The translations under genes were made by a program, and so were the position numbers. Of a stretch of 64,000 nucleotides of DNA, positions 31,297 to 40,928 are shown one piece after another. The notes below the pieces were generated by a model. The model was not told the origin of the DNA, ran no database searches, and worked only from the letters and a program-made list of their open reading frames with translations. Numbering within the stretch: position 1 is the first letter of the stretch; each line of letters opens with the position of its first letter. The DNA is from Clostridiales bacterium (GTDB taxonomy: Bacteria; Bacillota; Clostridia; Oscillospirales; Acutalibacteraceae): contig JAILOG010000016.1 in the NCBI GenBank assembly GCA_024690965.1, positions 204,410 to 268,409 on the forward strand. The letters run 5' to 3'.

Positions 31297-32705
31297 TATT
31301 GTATGTCCTTATCGTCAAAAGGGTCGCCGCATTCGGGGCAGAATTTTGGGGGATTATGTGGATCTTCCGGCTCCCAGCCGCATTTATCGCATTTATAAAG
31401 CGGTGCGTCCGCAGGCTTTTTGCTTCCGCATTCGGAGCAGAACATACCCTTATTCACGTTTCCGCATTTTGCGCAGGTCCAGCCATCAGGCTTATCGTTT
31501 TGGGGCTTGGGTGAACCGCATTCGGGGCAGAATTTGCCTGTTACTTTCGCTCCGCACTTGCAGGTCCATGAGTCCTTGTTTTCAGGCTCCGGTTTTTTAG
31601 CTCCGCAGTTGGGGCAGAAATTGCCTGTAGCCGTTGCTCCGCAAGAGCATTTCCAACTGTCAGCCGCGGCTTGCTGTTGCTGCTGTTGCGCCTGCTGCTG
31701 TTGTCCTATCTGGAACAGGTTTCCTGCGTTCATTCCGCCTGCCTGTTGAGCCATTCCCATACCCATAAAGCCCATCATCGCACCGTTCGGGTTTTTGGCG
31801 GCTGCTTTCATTGCCTCTGCCTGTGCGGTAACAGTTGTTGCGGCTGCCATTGTGGCGTCGCGGTTTATAGCGGCACGCTGAGCCTGTTTTATCATCTCTG
31901 CGTCTTCCTCGGGCAGGGTTATCGGGTTCATCGCAATAGAAACTACCTGCAAACCTCTGAGCTTGCCCCATTTGGCTGTAAGAGCCTCGTTCATCGCCTC
32001 GGAAAGCTCTTCTGCGTGAGCTGGGATCTGATTAGGTCTTACCTCTAAATCGCTTATTTTTGCAAACGCAGGCTGCAACGCGCTTATAAACTCAGTCTTT
32101 AACTGATTGTCGATTTGATCTCTTGTATATTCGCTTTCAACATTGCCGCACACGTTAGTATAGAAAAGCAGCGGGTCGGCGATCCTGTATGAATACACAC
32201 CGTTGCATCTTACGGAAACATCAATATCAAGATTTATGTTTCTGTCAACCACACGGAACATTATCGGGTTAGCGGTTCCGAATTTATTATCTACAAGCTC
32301 TTTTGTATTGAAATAGTATACTCTTTGGTCTTTTCCCGTGTCGCCGCCGTAAGCAAAACGCTTGCCTATTGTCTTAAAAGTATCAATTATGCTTTTTCCC
32401 AAGCTGCCCGCAAAAATACTGGGCTCGGTGGAAGTATCGTAAGTAAACTCGCCCGGCTCGGCGCAGACCTCAACAATCTTGCCTTGTTCAACGATGATCA
32501 TACATTGTCCGTCGGCAACAGCTATACCTGAACCGTTGGAAATAATGTTGTCATTACCCTTGGTATTTGAGGAACGGCTTGTTGTTCTTTTCTGGCCCTT
32601 TGTAACAAGGACATTCTTGTCCATCGCGTCGCAGTAGAAAAACTCTTTCCACTGGTCAGCCAAAGTTCCTCCCAATGCTCCTATACCTGCTTTAATAAGT
32701 CCCAT
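31296..32705 (-). CDS. SPFH/band-7-like protein (YdjI/COG4260-like). Carries an Ala/Gln-rich low-complexity linker with polyQ and four C-terminal zinc-ribbon repeats
   Basis: N-terminal roughly 300 aa SPFH-like. QQQQAQQQQQQAAA. Then four C-x-C/CxxC ... CPxCG zinc ribbons (WKCSCGATATGNFCPNCG, WTCKCGAKVTGKFCPECG, WTCAKCGNVNKGMFCSECG, YKCDKCG...FCPECG). SD GAAAGGAG. Confidence 0.78.
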   Translation of the reverse strand: MGLIKAGIGALGGTLADQWKEFFYCDAMDKNVLVTKGQKRTTSRSSNTKGNDNIISNGSGIAVADGQCMIIVEQGKIVEVCAEPGEFTYDTSTEPSIFAGSLGKSIIDTFKTIGKRFAYGGDTGKDQRVYYFNTKELVDNKFGTANPIMFRVVDRNINLDIDVSVRCNGVYSYRIADPLLFYTNVCGNVESEYTRDQIDNQLKTEFISALQPAFAKISDLEVRPNQIPAHAEELSEAMNEALTAKWGKLRGLQVVSIAMNPITLPEEDAEMIKQAQRAAINRDATMAAATTVTAQAEAMKAAAKNPNGAMMGFMGMGMAQQAGGMNAGNLFQIGQQQQAQQQQQQAAADSWKCSCGATATGNFCPNCGAKKPEPENKDSWTCKCGAKVTGKFCPECGSPKPQNDKPDGWTCAKCGNVNKGMFCSECGSKKPADAPLYKCDKCGWEPEDPHNPPKFCPECGDPFDDKDIQ

Positions 32706-32766
32706 ATGAATGCTCCTTTCAGTTACATTTTAATATAATACGATGCAATAAAATGTCAAAATAAAG

Positions 32767-35641
32767 TTATTGCCATTTTCCGTATATCAATGTGTTTCCA
32801 AAGTTGTCTTTTCCCGTATTTCCGTTAGGAATAAACGTTAAGCCAAAGCTCTTTATTGAAAGATTCTCTGTTTGATTTCCGTTGCCGCCGTCGTTGAATA
32901 TTATCATATTTGCATTTTCATTTTCGGGTATCTCTATCATATACATATCGTCGCCTACCGAGGTCATTTCTGCACCCGGCCAGCTTGTAAACTCAGAGCC
33001 CATATTTTCCCAAAAATGAGCGTATACCGTATCCCAACCAAAGGTATTCTTAAAGTACAGCACACGTTTCTTTGCTATGTCGGTGTCGCTGTTATTTGTT
33101 GTTTTCCCCGATGAGTCTGTATCTTTCTGTGTATCTGTATCTATATTGGTGTTTGAATCCGTATCGGGAGAATCCGTTTCGGTAGTGTACTCTATGTACG
33201 ATATAACATCAAATTTTTCGCCCGCAGGCAAAGTGCCGATAAGCTTTGCCAGCAGCTTTTGAATTGATACAACATCTTCGAGATTTACCTCTTTGTTGCC
33301 GTCTGCATCTGCTGCCTGAGCCGGTATGTCTTCAAAGCGTACAAGCTTTGCAATATTCTTTTGTATAAGCGTTACATCGGTCATATTAACATATCCGTCT
33401 ATGTCAACGTCGCCGTATAAATAAGACGTTAAAACTTCTTCTTTAACAGTTATAATATTCTTATCGGAATCTGTTGTAATTTGAATATTCTCAGATTCTA
33501 ACTCTATAACATCAGTGCAAATGTCATAAGGACTACCGTTTTGTTTTACATTTATAAGCTTACCTTTCCTCCAAAGCATACTGCCGCTTACACTGTATCC
33601 GCCTTTAACTCTGTTTTCGGTCAATGAAGCGTCGCCGTATACGCTTTCGGTAGGCGGTAAAGTATGCGCGTCTTCCGACACATCTGCCGCCACACCGTCG
33701 TTAAATTTTACAAACGCAGTTTTACTTTCAAGCTCTAAAGAATATAAATGATCATAATCGCTGTTTTCGACTTTCGTCATAGCTTTGCCGGGATAATTCG
33801 ACACAGGTTTGTCGTCGCTGTCTTTTTCAAGTACATAAGGTACGCCTGCGCTGTAAGAGTTATCCTCGGTTTTCTCATAAAATGCCTTTGCGGGAGCGTC
33901 AATATAAATGATATGCGGTTCCGACACATCCTTTTTGTCTATATAATAAACAGCTTTGATATAGTTGCTGCCGTAGTAAGCTTTGATTATAAGCGGAACC
34001 GACACACCGCTGTTAATTCCCTTACCGAATGTAAGCTTTTCGGAGCCCGAAAACTCCTCAGGCTCATTTCCCGCAAGCTTATATTCACATTTGTCGGCAT
34101 TTGCGGTGTTTATTGTTACCGTAGTTGTTTCCCCGTTAAAGCTTATAGTTTCGTTTTCGTTTACGTCTTTTCCGTCAACGTTAACCGAAACAGTTGGAAT
34201 ACTCTTTTTATTGTAAACAACCGCAACTCCGCTTTTTGACATTTTACCGGAAATATAGCCCTTGCTTACAGTAAACGTATTTCCGGATATTTGGTCTTTA
34301 TAAGAGCCATCGGGCATATTAACGGGAATGTTGATGTTCTCGCTTCCGCTTACATTAACAATGCACACACCGTCGTTGCCGCGCTTAACAAGATAATACT
34401 TGTCCTGATAAGACGACAATTCCTCGCCTTGTCCTTCATAAGCGTTTTTGAACATATTGACCTCGCGTATCTCTTTAGAGAGCCACGTGTTGGTATATTC
34501 ACCTATAAGCGAGTCCCAGTTAAGCTGACCTGCTATGTTGTTTGCTATCGGGCGCGGGAAAAACAGTGTGGGATCGTCTTTACGTGATGCCATTGCGGCA
34601 TATGTTTTTACGAGGACGTCTTCACTCATAAGAGTTGTTGTGCCGCCCAAAAATTCATCGTGAGACTCCGCCCAAACTACGCCTTTACCCGTAGGTATCC
34701 TGACATCATCAAAAACGCCGCTTGTCTTTGACAAAGAAGCAACGCTGCCTTTGTTGATATCTCTGCGTGTGCTTATACCGTAGCCGGCGTCGGTTACATT
34801 CATAAGGTTTGTATATGCGTCAATGCCTACTGTTCCCGACAGATCCACTACTTCGCCGTAAATATACAAGTCTTTGTATTTATTCTTGATCTTTACCGCT
34901 GTATTTGTCCAGAAATCGCTTGCAAGCTCACCGTCGGACGGTGTTTCTATGTGCTTAGCGGTATCGAATCTGAATCCGTCCGCGCCGAGAGCAACACAAT
35001 CTTCAAGAAGCTGATATACCCAGCCCTGGACGGTCTTGTTTGAAGTATTGAGATCTGGCAAACCGCCTACATTAAGTGAAACCTGAGCAGCTCTTGATTT
35101 ATTGCTTGCGTCACGCTTAGTGGAATGAAAATACTCGTCTTTATTATATTCGGCTTCTATCTGCTCCGAACGGGAACCGCTTCTGCCGTCGTCACTTTGC
35201 GCCATATGGTTGGAAACTATGTCAACAATCACTTTAATGCCGTATTCATGCGCTTTTTCGCAAAGAGTTTTAAAGTCTTCGGCAGTACCGAGCTCGTTGC
35301 CTATCTTGAAATTAACTGGCTGATAATAGAAAGTCCAGTCGCAAAAATACGCGCCGGAGTTTATGGACTTCTTATTGCCCTGCACAGGAGATACCTGCAC
35401 TGCGCTGAAGCCCTGGCGTGCGATTTGAGGAAGCATATCTGTAATTTGAGACAAATATGTATTGGAGCAATGCAAAATATTTCCCTCAGATATTGATGAA
35501 GCTAAATTATAGCTGAGATTATACTCTTCATTACTCTTAGTGTTTTCATATATTTTCAAAGCATTGCCCGTTACAGTGCAGCTTAATATCAAAAGCGCAC
35601 AAAGTGCGGCGCTTATCAGTTTTTTACCCTTGATTAACATT
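32767..35641 (-). CDS. Secreted GH13 alpha-amylase with an internal type-I dockerin and a C-terminal CBM26-like starch-binding module (amylosome-type enzyme)
   Basis: Start MLIKGKK at 35641 (GGAGG 7 nt upstream). The track's extension is rejected. Signal peptide. GH13 regions (VDIVSNHMA, GADGFRFDTAKHIE). Dockerin (DIDGYVNMTDVTLIQKNIAKL...DADGNKEVNLEDVVSIQKLLAKL). C-terminal W-rich block (YFKNTFGWDTVYAHFWENMGSEFTSWPGAEM...IIFNDGGNGNQTENL). Confidence 0.88.
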
Positions 35642-35871
35642 GTGATTCCTCCAAAAAAGTAAGCAAAAAAGCATATAAAACATACGAATATATTATAGGA
35701 CAAAGTTATTTTTTTTTCAACACTTTAAGCCGCAAAATCGAAAGAAAACGCTCATTTTGTATGAAAATACAATTTTATATTTATATTTTTATGGAATTTG
35801 CACAATGAATTATTTAATTTGCATATATGACAAACTTTATTTAATGCATACTGACTAATTCACTTTACTAA

Positions 35872-36549
35872 TCATTTTAGACAGTCAATTATATGAATAA
35901 ATGCAGGTAACTCCGGCATATCGCTGTTCTCACTGCAAACTGAGATAAACGCGTCCCGCAATTCAAAGCATTTGAAATGATATATTTTGTTATCTATCAT
36001 TTGTGTAAAGCTACGCTTATTGTTTGAAATATCCAGGTTAAAATCATTAAGCTTTGCGGACAGCCCTTTGCCTATTGCTTTTATGTAGCTTTCTTTAAGA
36101 GTCCACATAAGTATAAAAGCTTTATCCTTTTCGGCGCTGTCTCTTATGCTGCTTAAATACCGATATTCTTTTCGGCAAAAAAAGCGTTTTGCTATTTCAG
36201 TATTGGTATTTGCCCTTATCATTTCAACATCACAACCAACAGGGTTATCCGAAACGGCACATATAGCGTAATTTTCGCTGTGAGAAAGATTAAAACAAAT
36301 ATTTTCGTTTATTAAATACGGCTTTCCGTACTCATTTACGGTAATTTCCGCTTTTTGCATATCTATGCCCTCTTTGTCGAGCGCATACTCCAGCAAAGCG
36401 TACGCGCCAAGGGTCTGCATCTTATTTGTTTTCAGCTTTTTAGAGTCTGTTTTTTCTTTTACATGAGGGGGCAATTTTTCATACAGTTTCCAAAAAAGCT
36501 TTTCGTCACAAAGTGGAGAAATACCGGTCACATAAAGTTTCAAGGGCAT
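35872..36549 (-). CDS. 4'-phosphopantetheinyl transferase, Sfp type
   Basis: 225 aa. Segments GKPYL, FNLSHSENYAICAV and CDVEMI (the second is the Sfp FNxSHS motif) and WTLKESYIKAIGKG. SD AAGAGGTGAG. Confidence 0.8.
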   Translation of the reverse strand: MPLKLYVTGISPLCDEKLFWKLYEKLPPHVKEKTDSKKLKTNKMQTLGAYALLEYALDKEGIDMQKAEITVNEYGKPYLINENICFNLSHSENYAICAVSDNPVGCDVEMIRANTNTEIAKRFFCRKEYRYLSSIRDSAEKDKAFILMWTLKESYIKAIGKGLSAKLNDFNLDISNNKRSFTQMIDNKIYHFKCFELRDAFISVCSENSDMPELPAFIHIIDCLK

Positions 36550-36641
36550 ATGTTCTCACCTCTTAGCTATATTATCATAACGCCCCTATCGTTGTCAAAA
36601 TCAAGTTTTTGTGCATATTTTCATTTTTCTGCCTAAAAATA

Positions 36642-36670
36642 TTGAATAAAACGCGGCTGTGTGGTATCAT
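36642..36670 (+). promoter_or_regulatory. Sigma-A promoter for metG with extended -10
   Basis: TTGAAT, then 17 bp, then TGgTATCAT (36642-36647 / 36665-36670). Confidence 0.6.
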
Positions 36671-36718
36671 AGCACTATTGTAAAAAAAATGAAGTTAGAG
36701 AGCAGGTGTACACCAATA

Positions 36719-38656
36719 ATGGATAATAAACAAAAGTATTATATCACAACCGCGATAGCGTACACATCAAGAAAGCCGCATATCGGCAATACTTACGAAA
36801 TTGTGCTCACAGACGCGCTCGCACGCTATAAAAGGTTGCAGGGGTATGACGTATTTTTCTTAACGGGAACGGACGAACACGGCCAAAAAATCGAGGAATA
36901 CGCGAAAAACGCGGGTATTTCCCCAAAAGAATACGTAGACAGAGTATCTGCCGAAATAAAGGATATTTGTAATTTACTGAATACATCTTACGATAAATTC
37001 ATACGCACAACAGATGAATATCACGAAAAAAGCGTTCAAAAAATATTCAAAAAGCTATATGATCAGGGCGATATATACAAAAGCGAATACACCGGAATGT
37101 ACTGTACTCCCTGCGAAAGCTTTTGGACAGAATCTCAGCTTGCGGACGGAAAATGCCCCGACTGCGGCAGAGAAGTAAAGCCCGCAAAAGAAGAAGCGTA
37201 CTTTTTTAAGCTTTCCAAATATCAAAAGAAATTAGAAAAGTTTTTGGAGGATAATCCTGATTTCATATATCCCGAGGCTCGAAAAAAAGAAATGGTAAAC
37301 AACTTTATAAAGCCCGGTATACAGGATCTGTGCGTATCGAGAACATCATTTAAATGGGGAATCCCCGTAACCTTTGACGACAAACACGTAATATACGTTT
37401 GGATAGACGCTTTATCAAATTATATTACGGCTCTCGGCTACACGCCCGACGGCAAAAGCGAGCTGTTTGATAAATACTGGCCCGCCGATGTTCACATAAT
37501 AGGAAAAGATATTTTAAGGTTCCATACAATATATTGGCCTATTCTTCTTATGGCGCTTGATTTGCCGCTTCCGAAGCAAATTTTCGGTCACCCGTGGCTG
37601 CTGTTCGGTAAGGATAAAATGAGCAAATCAAGAGGCAACACTATATACGCGGACGACCTTGTAAAACTAATAGGAGTTGACGCGGTGCGTTATTATCTGC
37701 TTTCCGAAATGCCGTATACATCGGACGGCTCAATAACATACGAATCCGTATTTGAGCTTTATAACGCGGACCTTGCGAACACTCTCGGCAATTTGGTAAA
37801 CAGAACCGTTGCAATGAGCAAAAAGTATTTTGACGGAAAAATAATGCCGCCTGCAAAAGCAGAGGATATAGACAACGACCTTATCTCTGTCGCCTTAGAC
37901 GCGTTAGGCAAGGTAGATGAATATATGGCTGAGTATCGTGTAAGCGATGCGCTTAATACTGTTCTGTCAATTGCGCGCCGTTGCAACAAATATATAGACG
38001 AAACTGCTCCGTGGGTTCTCGCAAAAGACGAGGCAAACAACGAGAGGCTCGGCACCGTGCTTTACAATTTGCTTGAAGGTATACGCTTTACCGCCGTGCT
38101 TCTTCTTCCCTTTATGCCGCACACCGCAGAGGAAATATTAAAGCAAATCAACTGTACTATCAGCGATTATGACAGTTTAAAGGAATTCGGAAAGCTTAAC
38201 CCCGGTGATTATGTAGGAGAGGCAAAACCGCTCTTTGGCAGACTTGACAGCGAAAAGCTTTTGGAAGAAATAGCCGAAAGGCAAAAAGAAATTGAGGCGC
38301 AAAATAAAGTAAAAAGCGAAATTGAAGGCATAGCAAAAATAGGCATTGAGGATTTTGCGAAGATAGATTTGAGAGTTGCTCAAATAACAGCTTGCGAACC
38401 GGTTAAAAAAGCAAAAAAGCTTTTAAAGCTTACCGCTTATGACGGCGTGTCTGTTCGCACTGTGGCATCGGGAATCGCGAAATACTATACTCCAGAGGAG
38501 CTTGTTGGGCGAAAAGTTATACTTGTTTCCAATTTAAAGCCCGCCACACTGTGCGGAGTTGAAAGTCAAGGTATGATTTTGGCGTGTGACGCTGAAAACG
38601 ACACGGTAAAAGTAGTTTTTGCAGACGATATGCCCACAGGCGCAAAAATAAGGTAA
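36719..38656 (+). CDS. metG: Methionine--tRNA ligase (with C-terminal tRNA-binding EMAP/Trbp111-like domain)
   Basis: Start MDNKQKYYITTAIAY at 36719. HIGH (PHIGNTY), KMSKS, Zn knuckle CTPCES...CPDCG. 645 aa. Confidence 0.95.
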   Translation: MDNKQKYYITTAIAYTSRKPHIGNTYEIVLTDALARYKRLQGYDVFFLTGTDEHGQKIEEYAKNAGISPKEYVDRVSAEIKDICNLLNTSYDKFIRTTDEYHEKSVQKIFKKLYDQGDIYKSEYTGMYCTPCESFWTESQLADGKCPDCGREVKPAKEEAYFFKLSKYQKKLEKFLEDNPDFIYPEARKKEMVNNFIKPGIQDLCVSRTSFKWGIPVTFDDKHVIYVWIDALSNYITALGYTPDGKSELFDKYWPADVHIIGKDILRFHTIYWPILLMALDLPLPKQIFGHPWLLFGKDKMSKSRGNTIYADDLVKLIGVDAVRYYLLSEMPYTSDGSITYESVFELYNADLANTLGNLVNRTVAMSKKYFDGKIMPPAKAEDIDNDLISVALDALGKVDEYMAEYRVSDALNTVLSIARRCNKYIDETAPWVLAKDEANNERLGTVLYNLLEGIRFTAVLLLPFMPHTAEEILKQINCTISDYDSLKEFGKLNPGDYVGEAKPLFGRLDSEKLLEEIAERQKEIEAQNKVKSEIEGIAKIGIEDFAKIDLRVAQITACEPVKKAKKLLKLTAYDGVSVRTVASGIAKYYTPEELVGRKVILVSNLKPATLCGVESQGMILACDAENDTVKVVFADDMPTGAKIR

Positions 38657-38692
38657 TATTTTGTATAGTACGATAATAGTTAAACTTGATTT

Positions 38693-38732
38693 CGGCAGAA
38701 TGCAGATAGCCACTGTGTTCTGCCGTTTTATA
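38693..38732 (+). terminator. Intrinsic terminator of metG
   Basis: cggcagaa-tgcagatagccactgtg-ttctgccg followed by TTTTATAAATTT. Confidence 0.75.
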
Positions 38733-38785
38733 AATTTGGGCTTTAATTTTTTTAAAATTTAATCTGTAAATTAAGGCTTTTGTTA

Positions 38786-38814
38786 TTGACACAGACCAAA
38801 AAATGTATTATCAT
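38786..38814 (+). promoter_or_regulatory. Sigma-A promoter for murA
   Basis: TTGACA, then 17 bp, then TATCAT (38786-38791 / 38809-38814). The leader contains the small hairpin aaaggaacgctccttt. Confidence 0.6.
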
Positions 38815-38907
38815 TTATCGGTAAAGGAACGCTCCTTTATATGTCAATTCTAAATTTTGTTTTATATATTATATCATCTCTTTGGTAGTTGTTTGGGAGA
38901 GAGTATT

Positions 38908-40188
38908 TTGGATAGTTATGTGATAAAAGGCCGTAATCCTCTTTACGGTCGTGTAGAGATAAGCGGCGCAAAAAATGCCGCTGTTGCAATTATTCCCGCC
39001 TGTATATTATCGGACGGGGAATGTAAGATTGAAAATGTTCCGTATATTAAAGACACAAGCCTTATAGCCCATATCATAAAGGATATGGGAGCCGATGTAA
39101 GGATGGAAGGAAAATCTTCAATTACGGTTGAGCCCTCGGGGATCGTCAACCCCGTGCCTTCTTACGACCTTGTGAGAAATATGCGCGCTTCTTATTATCT
39201 TTTGGGCGCTCTGCTCGGCAAATTCAAACAGGCGGAGGTAGCGATGCCCGGTGGCTGTAACTTCGGCGTACGCCCGGTTGACCAGCATTTAAAGGGCTTT
39301 GAAGCTTTGGGCGCGGAATGTATATGCAACGGTGATATAATAAGGGTAAAAGCGGATAAACTTGTGGGAGCGCATATTTATTTTGATGTGATCTCGGTTG
39401 GCGCTACTATTAATGTTATGTTAGCCGCCGTTAAAGCCGAGGGTATGACAATAATAGAAAATGCCGCCAGAGAGCCTCACATTGTTGATGTTGCCAATTT
39501 TCTCAACTCTATGGGCGCGAACATAAGAGGCGCAGGAACAGATGTTATCAAAATAAAAGGCGTTCAAAAGCTTCACGGGGTAACTTACTCTGTAATCCCC
39601 GACCAGATCGAGGCAGGCACATATATGACCGCCGTTGCCGCGACAGGCGGAGATGTTTTGATAGATAATGTAATACCCAAGCACTTGGAGTCTATCACCG
39701 CAAAGCTGAGAGAAATAGGCGTTGAGATAACGGAATATGACGAGGCGGTTCGTGTAACCTGCAATAAAAGGATACACAAATGCAATATCAAAACAATGCC
39801 CCACCCCGGCTTTCCGACAGATATGCAGCCGCAGTTCGCGGCGTTGCTTTCTATTGCCGACGGTACGAGCGTAATAGAAGAAAATGTTTGGAACAGCCGT
39901 TTTCAGTATATAAATGAGCTTTGCCGCTTTGGAGCAAAGGCAACGGTAGATGTACGCAAGGCGATTATAGAAGGCAGAGAAAACCTTATAGGCGCTACTG
40001 TTCACGCTACTGACTTAAGGGCAGGCGCGGCTATGATAATCGCGGCTCTCGCGGCGGAAGGTGTTTCTGTAGTTGAAGACGTAAACCACATTGAGCGCGG
40101 TTACGAAGATATAGTTAATAAGCTCAGAAACATAGGCGCAGACATAAGACGACGTTCGGACGATATGCCCGCTGTTTTTACGGCGTAA
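38908..40188 (+). CDS. murA: UDP-N-acetylglucosamine 1-carboxyvinyltransferase
   Basis: EPSP-synthase fold. GRVEISGAKNAAVAIIPA and active-site region MPGGCNFGVRPVDQH. The start is placed at TTG 38908 (GGGAGAGAG upstream). GTG 38920 is an alternative. The in-frame ATG at 38857 would add a non-conserved hydrophobic extension. Confidence 0.88.
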   Translation: MDSYVIKGRNPLYGRVEISGAKNAAVAIIPACILSDGECKIENVPYIKDTSLIAHIIKDMGADVRMEGKSSITVEPSGIVNPVPSYDLVRNMRASYYLLGALLGKFKQAEVAMPGGCNFGVRPVDQHLKGFEALGAECICNGDIIRVKADKLVGAHIYFDVISVGATINVMLAAVKAEGMTIIENAAREPHIVDVANFLNSMGANIRGAGTDVIKIKGVQKLHGVTYSVIPDQIEAGTYMTAVAATGGDVLIDNVIPKHLESITAKLREIGVEITEYDEAVRVTCNKRIHKCNIKTMPHPGFPTDMQPQFAALLSIADGTSVIEENVWNSRFQYINELCRFGAKATVDVRKAIIEGRENLIGATVHATDLRAGAAMIIAALAAEGVSVVEDVNHIERGYEDIVNKLRNIGADIRRRSDDMPAVFTA

Positions 40189-40204
40189 GCTTTACAATCA
40201 ACAC

Positions 40205-40256
40205 AAAAAAATTAAGGTAAACAGTCAGTTATCGGCTGTTTACCTTTTTTGTTTTA
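40205..40256. terminator. Bidirectional terminator between murA (+) and the radical-SAM pair (-)
   Basis: aggtaaacag-tcagttatcgg-ctgtttacct. 10-bp stem flanked by A6 and T6. Confidence 0.75.
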
Positions 40257-40268
40257 TTGATTATATGC

Positions 40269-40928
40269 TTATCTGAAAATGCTGCCGTCCTTGCAGTAAA
40301 GCTCCTTACGTGTTACAAGGCAGAAAATTTCATTTGCGTGTTCATTTTCAATTGCGGAAAGCAAAAGTGAAGGGTTTATATTTGTTGTGTTTCCCGCGGG
40401 CAACACAAGCGTCATTTTTAAGCCTGACTTGTCACACTCCCACTCGCAACTCAAAATATACTGTTTTAGATCTATATCCTTCATTCCCGATTTGCTCTTT
40501 TTTTGAACAATTATTTTGTCTTGGCTCAACAATTTCTTTATATCTGTCTCCAGCTTACCGATATCATTTTCGGCGGCGGGAAAATCAAGCTCAAAAAGCG
40601 CGGAATCTATCTGTTTAGGATCCATTTCAAGGTCGTAAACATCCGTAACACGTATTCCTTGCGGTAAATGCTTATTCATACGCGTTTTTATTTCGTCATA
40701 AGGCATATCTTCGTCCAACAGGCGCATATCCATATATTCCGCCAATCCCGTATATCCCAGAGACAGCGGCAACGCAAACGTGATAAAAACGTGTGGATTA
40801 AAGCCTTCCGTGTGCCACAAAGGTATACGCGAACCCACAAGGCAACGCGTCATACATCTGTTCATATCCAAATGAGAAATGTATTTTGCTTTCCCTTCTT
40901 TTATATACTTAACTCTTATGTTTTTCAT
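40269..40928 (-). CDS. Radical SAM-linked protein (DUF2344 / TIGR03936 family)
   Basis: Start MKNIRVKY at 40928, preceded by AAAGGAGG 8 nt upstream. Conserved partner position downstream of the TIGR03960 radical SAM gene. Overlaps its stop by 20 nt. Confidence 0.78.
   Translation of the reverse strand: MKNIRVKYIKEGKAKYISHLDMNRCMTRCLVGSRIPLWHTEGFNPHVFITFALPLSLGYTGLAEYMDMRLLDEDMPYDEIKTRMNKHLPQGIRVTDVYDLEMDPKQIDSALFELDFPAAENDIGKLETDIKKLLSQDKIIVQKKSKSGMKDIDLKQYILSCEWECDKSGLKMTLVLPAGNTTNINPSLLLSAIENEHANEIFCLVTRKELYCKDGSIFR

Noticed and set aside
35642-35703. N-terminal extension of the amylase (MSYNIFVCFICFF...)
   Set aside because: The internal ATG at 35641 has GGAGG at ideal spacing and starts a canonical signal peptide. 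The extension has no SD.
38841-38888. 15-aa uORF (MSILNFVLYIISSLW) in the murA leader
   Set aside because: Its putative SD is sequestered in a small hairpin and the spacing is long. It is more likely chance. The in-frame upstream ATG at 38857 was also rejected as the murA start because it would add a non-conserved hydrophobic extension.
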